DNA of 64,000 nt, from assembly GCF_964204645.1 (NCBI RefSeq), contig NC_134029.1:23802950-23866949 (forward strand), in the 5' to 3' direction. Positions 16,078 to 29,600 of the stretch are shown piece after piece. Source of the DNA: Tubulanus polymorphus (taxonomy: Eukaryota > Animalia > Nemertea). The stretch's first letter is position 1. Every line of letters begins with the position of its first letter. The translations under genes were made by a program, and so were the position numbers. The notes under the pieces were generated by a model. The model was not told the origin of the DNA, ran no database searches, and saw only the letters and a program-made list of their open reading frames with translations.

Positions 16078-19000
16078 CTGGTCTTTTCATAAAAAACCAA
16101 AACCTTAGGAATATCTTAGTGAATTGAATCTTATTGAATTATCGTAAATGTGGTTTAATAGATTATTATGTATACTTGAACTCGATTGCGGTGAATCGTT
16201 GGTTTCCCCTGAAATTCATTCGTTCTCGTAGCTTTTCGTACGCGACCATAAATCGTTTGTAGTTCGTTTGGTGGCAGCCATTAATCCATCGTTATTGAAA
16301 ATCAATGTGTGTTTTTGACGCGCGTACGAAAAATTTGCTTAAAAACTGGAAGCTGGATTTCTTCTTATAAACTCGGTGTGCGTTCATCATCTTGTATACG
16401 ATATTTATATATTTATAATGAATTTCATTTTATTATTGATTCTCAGTCTTAATCGTGTTACTACTATATCGGTTTTTACCGTTGTTTGAAGTGGTTTGGT
16501 TATATTTGATAAACTCTTAAGGGAAACACCGGTCCGTCGGGGGTTCCGTCGCTCGAAATGTACCGACGATATTCTAGAGATGATTCGAGCGTGGAATTCC
16601 CGGCGCTGCTGCTGCTGCTGCTAGCATTGCTCCTGGTTTGTGATTGATTGATTATACATACATAGTTTAAATCGTGTAATTTGGTGAATCGTGTAATTTG
16701 GTGAAATGATATTTTTTTTTAAAGGAAACAGATAATTTATAATTTAATACTTTAAATCATGTCACACGAAAGTATCCACCTTTTTAATGTGTATTTGTTT
16801 TACATTACGTATTTTACAAACTGTTTATGTATAGGAGAAATGAAGATATTTGCTGCCTGGATAGAAATTCATGAACCTCTTTCTCGATTATCATTTAGCA
16901 ATTGTTATTTTTGTACTTTGTCGTGCAACAATTTTATCCGCTTATCGTATTAAAATCCATTCCGACTATACTATTTTCAAAAAAGGCTCATGATTATTCC
17001 GGTGGCGAGATCTTATTTCGAGGCTATTTTTAACCGAGAAAAAACCAAATCTGCGAAAGAAGCGTTTAATCAATTTAATAGACGAACTTCGTAGCTTTAT
17101 ATAAAAATGATTGGCTGAGATAACGATGTTTAAAATGTTGACACGTTATAAGCACAAATACAGTGAAGTTTTTAAGATGGATAATTAATTAATAATGTGA
17201 GATGTAAATCTGCCCTTTGTCGCGGCTTTTCTCGTTTTCAAACTGCCGAAATATCGGCAAAATTTCGAAACAATGAAACGAAACTTTCGCGTAGACGGGG
17301 AACGCCGCCGCTGTACAAAGGTTGTGTTATTTGAGAATCTAGGAATCTTCTTAGAGAAAATGACGATAGATAACGATCAAAGCTAAACATGAATCACCTG
17401 CGTTTTTGTTCTTCGAGTTGTTTTTTTTTTTCTCATTTTTATAACCGAAGCCATGAGCAACTTTTTCAAGCTTTGTACGTCTGGTATTTTCGCCATTTAT
17501 CTGCACAATTAATAAAACTGTGCGCAGAGAAGAAGAGAGGGTTCAGAAAATTATGTGTATTTTTTGTGTCACTTTTTACGGTTTACTATCGTAGACTTTT
17601 TTTTACAAGTGGAATGTGCATGCCAATACTTATTTACGATGACAGAATATGCATTTTAAGTACTGGCTCGGAAAATGTGGTATATTTTACAATGTTTACA
17701 ATGTTTATGTGATCAAAGGACAAGGGTACTACTATATACAGTGCATTTGCGATTCAACCAATTTACAAAAGTGTTTGGAGTCCAATTATTCATCTGCAAA
17801 AATGATAGAAAAATTGCATTTTCTCGATTAAACTTTTATCCATATTTTCCTGATGAATGAATGCAGGTATATGACTTTATTTGTAATTAGGTGAAATATA
17901 TCGCTGAAATCTAATCAACGGATATGATCAAATATTGTAATATTATTACAACGTTTATTACTGATATTTATTATCAGTTTATTAATGAAAGTTTTAAACG
18001 ATTAGGAGTTTTTAAAGGTGATTCTTGTTACGCGCTATTAAATAATTATTTTCGTCGTCAGTTGAACATCGTAAAATGAATGATAACACTTATCGCAGAT
18101 ATTGTTCTCTAAGACGGCTTCGCGGCTGCTGATCCAACCAAACGATAAAACGGCTCTGATTTTTAGAGTTGACGAACAAATGCTCCACGTTCCTCGGATC
18201 ACTGGCAGCTGCGATGAATCTAATATCAAATCTTCCTTGTCTCATTCGGTGTTCGGTTGAAATACGAATTGCTCGGCTCGAAGCTGAACTCGACTTTGTG
18301 TTGCGAGACAGACACACAACGTCAGTCCATTATGTTGTTGTTGTGGGTGTTAAAAAAATCTTTTTATAAGGCAGCATATTATCCATAAAAATCGTACATT
18401 ACGATCGGCGATAAAAATTGATTTTAAAATGTGGCAAATTCTTTCATCGGAGTAAAATTGTGCTTGTTTTTGATGGGATATCCGATCACGATTGATGTAC
18501 GTTCGATGTTTATATATCGCCTGGCTAAATCTATAATTGATTTTTACATCTATTACGTAAATTGCATTCCTCGTTAATGATTATAACGATCTTGTATATA
18601 GATATAATATAAGCTAATTAATTATATTATTAATGAGCAGATTGTTTATTGTAATAATGTTATATAATACTGTGACTGAGTTGTTTGTTACGTAAAGAAG
18701 AGACAAGCATGAAATCCATCGTCGGAGAAAGATTATTCTGTACTTGAAAAAAATTATGAAAAGAAAACAAACAAAAAAATATTGAAAACGTTTAAAAAAA
18801 AGAAAACAGCAAAAAATTGTAAAATGCTTTTTGCAGTGAATTGAGTGATGGGAACATTTTGGTTTATTGTTCGCCTTAGCCCTGTCTCATTATTAAAAAA
18901 AAAAAATGTTTTGATCTTGTTGAATGGAATTATGGATTTGGGATATTTTTTTGCATTAAGAAGGTCAACAATAATCTATGTATGAAGTTCCACCTGATAG

Positions 19001-20698
19001 ATGATGACACTAATTCGATACTCGTTATTTTTAAGTACTCAAAGATGTGGACTTTGTTATGTGTGATTATTTATGTCTCATCATATTATAATAAAATGTT
19101 GATGTTTTGATGTTTGGAAATTTTAAAGGTTTTATTTTGTTGTCTATGGTTTTTGTTTTTCCCAATCAGGAGATCAGTTCTCTTGTAGGAAATGTCCATA
19201 TCAGGTTTCGAACGCAGTCTCACAGCTTAAGGCCAAACATTTGATATCGAACAACAGAATGGAGTGATGAATAATGACAAGAGATGTGAAAATGAGCTCT
19301 ATTGGAGTCCGAAGTGATACTGTTAACCTCAGAACCTAACGACTATCTAATGGTGATCTCAGATTTTATGTCTCGCTACAGAATGTACCGGTAATTTAAA
19401 CAGTTATTTTATAGTGCTTCAATCAATTCTGGACTTATTTGCTCGGATTTATTAAGGAAACTGAATTTCACTGGCTTCAACTGGACACCTTAATATTTTA
19501 ATTGAGTCTGGAAACTGGTTCTAAATACACCGACAAATTCAGCAGAATGAATGACTGTTTAGGAGGAATGTGAGGGGGGCCGGGAATGGACTGAGCTAAT
19601 GCGGTCCGGTCATGCGTTAAGTTGTTATCTCGGATGAGGTGGCTTCATACATGTTAGTGTATAAGATGGACAACGACATGTCGCAACATTTTAAATAACG
19701 GGTTTCAATTCTTTCATTGGTCGATACTGGGATCGGAAAAGAATGAATTTGTGAGGTAAACACAACGAAACCAAGTTAACGAAACCAAGTTAACGAAACC
19801 GATGTAATGCACGACAATAGAATTATTTATTTCTATTTGAACTGTACAATAACAATTGGATGATAAAACAACTTTCATACTATAAATATGTTTTACAATC
19901 AATTAAAACAACAAATACAAAGCAGAGAAAATTCTGCTGAAAACTAACACGTTATACAACATTATTACGAGCAAGTTCTTTAATCACATATAAACTGATT
20001 GTTAACACAAACTATTATTTCGCTCATATCATTCTTCATCTAATTCGCTGCTTTCATTGATAAACTTGAACATTAGAAATTGATTATCATTAAAAATTAA
20101 ATTTGTGCAGATATGAATCTATATATATCATATACCCTTAATATTCGTTTTCGTTGATTATCATCAAAAATGAAGAAATTAATGCAGATATAAATCTCTA
20201 TATCAAACCCTCCAGTCGTAATCGTTCTTTAAGATACGTTCTCATAATGTCATCAACGCGTAACACTTCAATCACTGAATACTGAAACTCGCTCAAGTCG
20301 TCATAGCTGCAACAATCATTATTGTTGAAGACTTATCCTAACGACGACTTACGATTAGTAGGAAATACCAATTCACATCTCAAAATAGAGTCAACTGCTG
20401 CAACAAGGTGATGACTTATTCGGTGGTGATATTAACCGAGTTTGACTTTATCTTGACATTAATAAAGCTAGTATTTATCATTGAGTAACGGTAATAACTT
20501 AATCTGTATCAGAAATCACAAAACAGAATCAAGACCAGAAAGTCTCGAAATAGGAAACAATTTTTAATAATGAAACCGAATATGAAAAGATTTTTAAGAT
20601 AAGATGAATTAAATGCAACAAGTTGATTGGACAGATTAATGATTGCCGTGATTAATTCTCAAATATTACCATTTCAGTGAAATCAACGTACGACGTGT

Positions 20699-23600
20699 TT
20701 ATTTCGGGAATTTGAAGTATTGTCCTGCGCCGGCGCCCCCGCGTGGTGAATTATGTCGTTGTTGAGGTGATGAATTATTTCCTCGTTGTAGAATGACGAC
20801 GTTCTGCTGCGGTGAATTATGGGATTGCGGAGGCGATGGGGAATTGAAATTCGGCATCTGCCGAGGCCCGTACGGAGAATGATGCGGGTATGAACCCGGA
20901 AACACAGCGGCCGGCGGAGAACTCGAATCCGACCCGCGACTCTCGCAATTACGTTCAGCGCCTTTCGGTGGAATGTTCGGTAGTCGGTCCCACAATGCGA
21001 TTAACTGTTCCCCGACTGTCGGCTCAATTTCCTAAAATTAATGAAGATCTATTCAGCAATCATCTATTCATAATGATGTGACCCATCGTAGCTCAAATTC
21101 GCGCAGTCCTGCCTGGCAGTGGCTGTCTCCACAGTGTATCTACGTTGCTCTACGATCCTGTGTAACCACCCACCCAGACACGTTCATTCAAATTCGCGTG
21201 ACTTTTGCCGACACAACTACTAGCGGCATTTTTGCCTATGTTCAAACTGCGATATCTCAGCAAATAAACAACCGATTTTGATAAATAAACTATCTACACT
21301 AACCTGGTTTAAAGTCACAGTGATTTAAAAGTATTGAGAAAATGTCGTTCGTGTCTTAGTGTCTGTGGTACATCAGACACTAAGGTTCTTGGTGAAAGCT
21401 CAAACTGCCTCAGAATTTGCTGTATTCTAATAAACTGTAATTCTTACCTGTCCATCACGACTCACTTGGACACGCCTATTTTCATTCCAAGGATTTATCA
21501 AATAATGCGTTTGTTGAAATGGTAAATTTGCTCTATGACGAAATAAAGATAAGATCAGTTAACTGTTTCTGGGTCAGATAGATACCGAACGCGAATCATC
21601 GATCATTTGAATACCTCTTGATCCATTCGACGACGAAATTTGAACCCTGTCCGGAGCCGCTGAACTCTTGCGATCTCTCCTTCCCCGGCAGGGATATCAT
21701 TCGTGCGTAACCCTGGAAATGACCGCTGCCTTGAACGGAGAATACCAGATAGACTTCTTTACCTTCCTACAGAAATAGAAATACATGTTAGAAACATTTC
21801 AGTACATGTAGCATCACTACTACAGGGTGGCCACTCATTATCTTTCCCTGACTATTCCCAGACATGTAGCGTATTTTCTCAAACTCAAGAATTCACATCA
21901 ACTAACACAGTCAAATACGTAAGACATAGGCAGAAACTGTTTGACTTTATGCGCGATCTAGCATTCTCAAAACCTCAAATTCCCTAACTAAAAAGAATTT
22001 TTCTAAGAAAATCTTTTCTATAAACATTTCCCCGACTTTACCCTGATTTCCAGTGACCACCCTGTACGACATAGTACTCGTAAAAATGTTTGAAATCTTG
22101 CCTTGTAATATTTGATAAGTTTAGCCTCTTTAGCCTGCGGTACTGCCCAGATACCCTTCATATAGGAAATATCCAAACTTTTGTGATTGCTGCTTTTAAT
22201 CACGAAAAATCTACAAAACAAAACGGAAATTCATTAATACGAGCTACAAATAAAAGGTATTCGTCGTAAATAGAACAACTTTCCGGCTGGAACGAACCTA
22301 GAAGGATGAAGTAAACTGCCAGGATCGGCAAATCTTCCCGGTGAATTCAACGGTTGTGGACTAGTACACGGTGTACTAGAGGCACTACCTCGTAGACTAC
22401 TCTGACCACTTCCACCGCTCAACGAACCATGACCACTCCCACTACCTGATCTAACAGACGACATATCAAATCTCTCATCGGAACCACGTTCTGTAATATC
22501 ACAAATTATTAAACTAACGCCCGAAATGAGTCGGTCAGTTGTTAGATACTTCAATAGAATATTGACATCCACTTGAGTAGAGGCAGCAGATATTTTAGAA
22601 GGGGTGGCTGATTTTCAGAGGGGTGGATGTAGAAATGAAAGGGGTGGCTGCCCCTCTTAAACCTACTGTGGAGAAAACTGCAAAACTTACTGAAAAGTAG
22701 ATCCTTGCGTTTCGGAGGAGTTGCAGATCTCCACATTTTGCTATTACTATCCGAATATGGGCTGCAACGCCAGTTTTTACTGCCAGACGATGAGGAATCA
22801 TCAGATGTAATATCTCCGTCGAACGACGCACGCCAATTACTATCACCAGCTGCGCATTCATTAGCTGAAACAAAACATACATCATAAGATAAAAAACCCA
22901 CTGTTTACAAATTAAAAGAAATCTACAATCGAGAATTTATTTGTTGAAACAATCTAGAATGTAAAAATGTTTTAACAAATAAATTCTCGATTTTAGATTT
23001 CTTTTAATTTGTAAATAGTGGGTTTTTATCTTATCATCTGTTCACCAGTTTGAGTGTGGTTATCATTCTAAAACATACATCAGTAATAGTGTGTGATTAC
23101 GTATCGATTAGCTGAATTAGTTTGGAAGACTTCAATCAAACATCTCCTGAAGACACACTTACACATAGGTCTTGGTCTCTGTCCGATTCCGGCTGGTTGC
23201 TGTAATCCGAGCGCTTGTTCTTCGTTAGTTAATACGTTAATTACCGTACGAATAACGTTCTCATCGACCGGCGACCACGGTTTAGCCGGAGCGCGCATCC
23301 TCCGTAAGAATAATGAATGCCATTTCTGTCTGAGTTGCAGCGCCAGTGAGGCAGCCTATTAGAATCATACAACAGCTCTTTAGTAAGTTACCGGTTACAT
23401 GGAATACATCAGGGGCCATGTTTTATAGACTGGCATTAGGCTTAAGTTGATACCAGTCTTCTATAAAACCAGACCCAGGAAAACAGGGTCTCATTGCGAA
23501 ACAGCGAGTTAGATATAACTTATAGAGTCAATTCTCAATCATTTTCAACCTTGGAAACTATAACTAGTGGTAAATATAATTTGGACACAGTTTCACCAAA

Positions 23601-26600
23601 ATAATTAACTGAACTAATCAAGGAATTGAGAGTTTATCCTTATTGTGAAACTTGGACCTTGTTTTCACTTTGAGTGGAATCAGTTCGTTTCAAAATCTTA
23701 AAAGAGTCAAATCTATGTAGAATAGGGTCTGAAGGTTTTACGCACCTCTGAGTCAACTTTGAAAGCGATGAAGTCATCGATTTTGATCGTAGTTTTAGAT
23801 GAAGTTCCTTCGATTTCGTTTTCGCCATCGCTTTCACTACTCAATACATCACCTGTATAATAATCACCACTTCCATCTATAAAACACATACAAAACCAGT
23901 TTATAGTTTCAAATCATTAAATCTACAGTGTAACAAATGAAGGGAGAATCAGGGTGACGCCACTTTTATTTGACTTGCTTGTTCCCTGACTATTCCCTGA
24001 CATGCACGTTGTTTTCCCTGACTCGATCTGCTAAGAATCCAATCAATTAACACATTCAAATACCGGTACTTAAGACATAGACGGAAACTGTTTGATTTTT
24101 TACAAATTTACTTTACTTTTTTCCTGATTTTTAGCTTCTTTACAAAATTCCCTGACTTTTTTAAAGAAAATAAAATTTCGTGACTTTTCCATGGATTCCC
24201 TGATTCGCAGCAGGTAGGTGGCGACCCTGAGACTGACGATTAAAACATGAAAGAATGATAAAATGATAATTACCGAATCCAGGAGGAATATGCGGAGGTA
24301 AAGGCATCGATTCCGTCGTATTCACGGCTTCTACCGGTAATTTCGCCGGTCCGGTAAAAATACAAACGGCGATCGGAGAAACAACCGAACAACACCTGAC
24401 GTGAGCCATCCTGTGAGATCGTGTCATTTCCTCGAATAACAACCAATCAGTCGGTAACGACTTCACGACGTCTCGATACGAACTGTCGACTCCTGGATGT
24501 AGAACTGATGAATAATGCAAGCGAACTTTACTCTCCTTCCTGAAAATTCATTAAATTTCTTGAAAGTTAAAAGGGTAAATAACTTGGTTAACAAGCAGGA
24601 CCCAGTTCCACAGTTGTGAGTTAGAGTTAACTCTTAGTTAAAGTTAGTTCATTTTCAATGAGTCAAATCTTAACTCGGAACTGTGGAACTGGACCCAGGT
24701 TCTACTAACTACAACAGTTCAAAATCATCTTTCTCACAATTACTTACAATGTTGTCAGTTTCTTTTTGTCCTGGTCGACCCTGATCAAGTTCGGGTACAT
24801 GCCCGCTAACAACGCCGCTTTCACGACGGCCCAGTTTTCAGAATTCGTATTCAAATCGCGTATATCGCCTCCTCCGCGGGCGCGAACGAACCCGGACGCC
24901 CTCAGCTGACCGAGGAGTTGAGTTCTACGAAAATAAATATACCCTCAAAATATCATACGGGTAACATATTGAACAGGGCAGCCACCTTTCCCCGAATTTC
25001 GATAGAAATCGATATTCATACCTCATTCCTAGAATCATCTCCATCGTAGCGCCAGAAATGAAGTTCTTGTCGCAGAATGATTTTTCCCAGCCGTCTGCGC
25101 GGGCTTTCTGCCACGACTGGAACGCTCGTAGTAACGCCATGTGATCGCTGAAAGTTCCCGCCGCGAAGCTCTTGCGGGAAAGCATACTGGCTCGCTTCTG
25201 TGAGGGCTGAGTGGCGAGATTAACTGTAGGACAGAGAAAACTGTTACATCATAAGAGATCGTTAAAACTCGATTTAGAGATTGTTTAGAGCTAGCGAAGT
25301 GGAGTTATTTATCAGTGTTTGATAGACAGTGCCTGGTAGCCGGGCCCAAACATTGTGCATTCATTGACCAGGTACTCTTGATTGTACCGGACATCAGTTA
25401 AGGCACTTTAATCAGAATTCATTCGTTACAATTCATTCTCATTTTGTGACCAGTCGTTTGTATTGAATTCAGAGATGAAGGTTAAGACGACTTACACGGG
25501 TCTCGGTACGCAAGAGCACAGGATATCGTGAGAACTGGATCGAGACACTTCAACACAACCGAGTATAAAACCATTTTACCGTACTGCGGTTCTACGGGAA
25601 GGTCAGCTAAATGATGTCCCAACTCGGTTAAATCTTCCCATTGATCCAACGCATCGATTTGCTAGAATCAGAAATATTCAAATGTATTCGTCATGTTCAT
25701 CTAATTTCACGTAGCCTAAACTAACGGTAATCGTACCTTCAGCAACGTGACAGCGTTTCTCGTCAACAGGAACGCAGGTGGTTCGGGTGCTTTCGCTAAG
25801 AAATCAGCAATAGGAACCCCAGACGGAGTTAATAGTTTAGTGTGTAAACAGAGCTCCTGAAAATATGGATGAAATTCATCTCGAAGATTCACGACAAAGT
25901 TTTAAATTCATCAGAATTTTACAAACCTGCAGCGGATATCGTAAGATTTCTGGTTCAGGAAATTCCTGCATGATTCCGAAACGCACTTTACTGAACAGAT
26001 GATAACAAACTCCAACACGACATCGGCCGGCCCTGTTTATAAAATATCAATTATCGATATATCATCGATTCACTCAATCTAAGATGTATCAGTACGTGTA
26101 CAGTATACTTACCTTCCTTTTCTCTGTATCGCTGATGCTTTCGTAATCCACTGTTTTTTCAACATAGTCACCGAAGTCAAAGCGTCGTAAGATTTCTGTA
26201 ACGGAAAATAGAATAATCGAAGCTTTACGTAGTAGCGCTTTGAACCGGATACAAGAACGGGCGTCGTTTTAATTTTTCTACCTCTTTGACTTTTCCAGAG
26301 TCAATAACGAACACTACATCGTTGATAGTGATACTCGTCTCAGCGATGTTTGTAGCGAGAATCTGAAAACACGACGATCAAAATCACATGAATTCCTGTT
26401 AGTCGAGATTTGATCTCCACGGAATATTCACAACTTACAATTTTTCGAACGCCCGGAGGAGAAGTTTTGAAGACTTTCTTCTGGTCCTGAGTCTGCATCG
26501 CGGAATGCATCAGAAATAGTGAATAGCTCCTGTAAATACAAACATCATTTAATATCTATTTAAAACATTCTTTAACAGTCTAAATTTTTTACGGCAAATC

Positions 26601-29600
26601 TTACCTCGAGTTATCGCCAAAACATTTTTCATCGTAGATAATTCGATTGCGAAGATTGACAATTTCCATATAACCGGGTAGAAAGATCAGGATGGCTCCT
26701 AGAAATTCAAAAACATCGAAACAGCTTGAATTGTTTCAGTAAAATTTCATCGAAATATGAAGGAAAATGTTCAAATCAATCAATAATCAACAGTAAGACC
26801 CTCAGTAACATCTTTCATATATCTGTACACATCAAACAAATCAAACCAGTATTTCTTGTTATAAAATAGTAACAAATACTGAAAATCAGGATCCAGTTCC
26901 ACAGTTATGAGTTCGAGTTAACTTTGAATCAAAATCAGTTCATTTTCAAAGTTTCGAGTCAAATGTTAACTCAGAACTGCGGAGCTGGGTCCTGGTTACT
27001 ACGACACATACCTTCACCCATAAACTGATGAATTTTAATGAGTAAAGTCATGATTAAATCTAAATCAACTTCTTCATCATCGAATGAAAGATGATATGCG
27101 TTTAACAGATCTTTTTCTTCCGGAGTCAGAGCTTGCGACTCTTTCTTAACTAACAACGCTTCATCGTGTGAACTGTCTGAATTTGCGGCTCTAAAAATAC
27201 ATGAAACCGTGAAGTACAATGAGAGATATTTCAAATTTCTGGTAGCCTTTCTGCCGTTATAGACTTACAAATGAGCTTCTAATAGTTCCAGTACATCGGT
27301 GCGATCCATTCTCTTCGCCCAGTCCATAGCCGTCCAATCATTGCGAGCTCGGATGTTCACGTTAGCCCCGAGACTCAACAACTGTTCAACGATCGTGTAA
27401 AACCCGCGACCGGCTGCGACCATCAGCGGAGTAACTGTCGTCTCAGTCGACTGATAATCAACTAATAATCAATATGAGAAATGAAATACAGAATGAAACC
27501 TGAATGAATGACAATATGACAATATCCGTCGAGTCCTAGGTAAATGAGAATCCAACAATTACACAACCATCTGAACAACACTTCACTCCTTGTCTCTCAG
27601 ATTGTATCATCGGAATTGATTTGGCTGATGTGCATTTGATAAATTGTCCTCCAGGGGCCGGTTCCATAGTCGAGACTTAAGCCTGAAAGTGGTCTTAAAT
27701 CTTAAGACTGGTCTTAAGCTGTTAGATTAGCTATATAACTAAAATAGTCTTAGACTAGTCTTAAGTCTAAACCATGACTATGGAACCGGCCCCAGAGATG
27801 TAAATGAATAAAATTCCCGCAGACCCATCTGATCTGGCAGACGTGCATTTGGGACATTAGCTAGGGTTAGGTTTAGGGTTAGGGAATTCCTTAACCGCGA
27901 CCGCAACTCATTCACAAATACACAACTTACCGCTGACATTCTCACTCAATATCAGATGAAAAATCTGATCGAATCCTTCATCGTTTCCGGTCAACCAAAT
28001 ATTCGCCAGTAATTCGTCCATCTCGGCGACGATCCACGGTTCCAGTTCGTCTTTTTCCTCTCCCGCGTCGGTAACGCTGTCCTGTATGGCGGCGCGATAA
28101 CTCGCGATCTCCGGCTCGTCGGACGTACGATCGGTGATCGTCATACGAGCGCACATCGCGTTTAACAATCTCTGCTGATCGCCGAGACGGTCAGCCTCTT
28201 TCTCGTATTTCTCCATCGTTTTATTCGTGTATTTCGTCCACTTTAGAATGTCGCCGAGGAAGAATTCTTGTACGTCGAACAGTTTACCGGGGATATTAAT
28301 CACCGGGCAACCGGCGAAATAATCGACGAACAACTTAGTATTCAACGCGGCGCTCATTAGGATGATTTTAATGTGTTTGAATCGAACGACGATGTCACGA
28401 ATAGCGATCAACAAGAAATCACAAAATCTATCTCTTTCGTGAACCTCATCCTGGAACGGAAAAACATCGTTGAATTTTGAAATTGTTGAAAGGAGTTTCT
28501 CAAAATTAGAGATTTGTTGATAATTCTTCGATTTAGATGCCGTTTCAAGGAATCAAGTAGCACGCATTAGAAATGATTAAGGCAGTGTTCCCCACAAGAG
28601 GTTTTGGAATGGTGGCCTTTACATTCACCTTTCTGAAAATCAGCCAGCCCTTATGAAATATGTGCTGCCTGTACATTTTCATGTCACTGTTCTATCAATA
28701 CCGATAATTACTTTGTAAAGTATTGAGTAGATGTGAAAAATAGAAAATTGCACCAAAATTGGGTTTAACTTTGTATATTTTTGGGGTATCAAAAGCTTTG
28801 CTAGAATGAACGCAGTAGAATAGAACGATAACCACACTCAAACGTGGTGAACGGATAATAAGATAAAAACCCACTATCTACAGATTAAAAGAATTTAAAG
28901 ACAAGAATTTATTCATTCGATCTAAAATATATAGAATACACGACGTTTCGATCTCACCCTGGAGATCATCGTCAGGCGTTTAAATTCTTTTAATCTGTAG
29001 ATAGTGGGTTTTTATCATAACGAACGCAGTCTGTCTAAAATTCTCTGAGAACGCTCTGTTAGGTAATTATTAATGGTGAGTTAATAAAGAAATAAATACC
29101 AGTAGAATATGAGTGACAGTTGACATAGAGTTCTCTCCGCCTCCCATTAACGTTCTCAACAAAACTCCATTCGTACAAAATGTCAATAATGTCTTCGGAG
29201 AAACTCTACAATTACAAACATCAAAGCGTTCGACAAGTTTTCTAAATGATGTCTATAGAAAATACTGAATAATAGACACACGAACCTGCTCTCTAATCTA
29301 ATCTGATATCCGACTGTTTGACCGATCTTTTCACCTCGCTCGGCAGCGACTCTCTCCGCTACCGATAACGCCGATATTCTCCTCGGTTGAGTACACAGTA
29401 TACGACATGGTCGGCCATTCATCGCGCAATCGTCTAAAATCAACTGAGGAACCTATTGAAATAATTGACTTCATTGTTTAGAGTTTTCGATCAAGTTCTG
29501 ACTGTATTTGCTGATTCTAGTACCCTGCTACAGCGCTTTGAACTGCATGAATCCAGAATTAAGAACGCCCAAAATGAAATGAATCAAATATGACAGCATG

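Noticed and set aside
19170-19268. CxxC...H zinc-finger-like peptide (FSCRKCPY...LKAKH)
   Set aside because: Short, lacks the second His and has no supporting exons; chance or remnant.
27861-27884. TTAGGG telomere-like repeats
   Set aside because: Only about four imperfect units in an intron; typical of repeat fragments, not a telomere.
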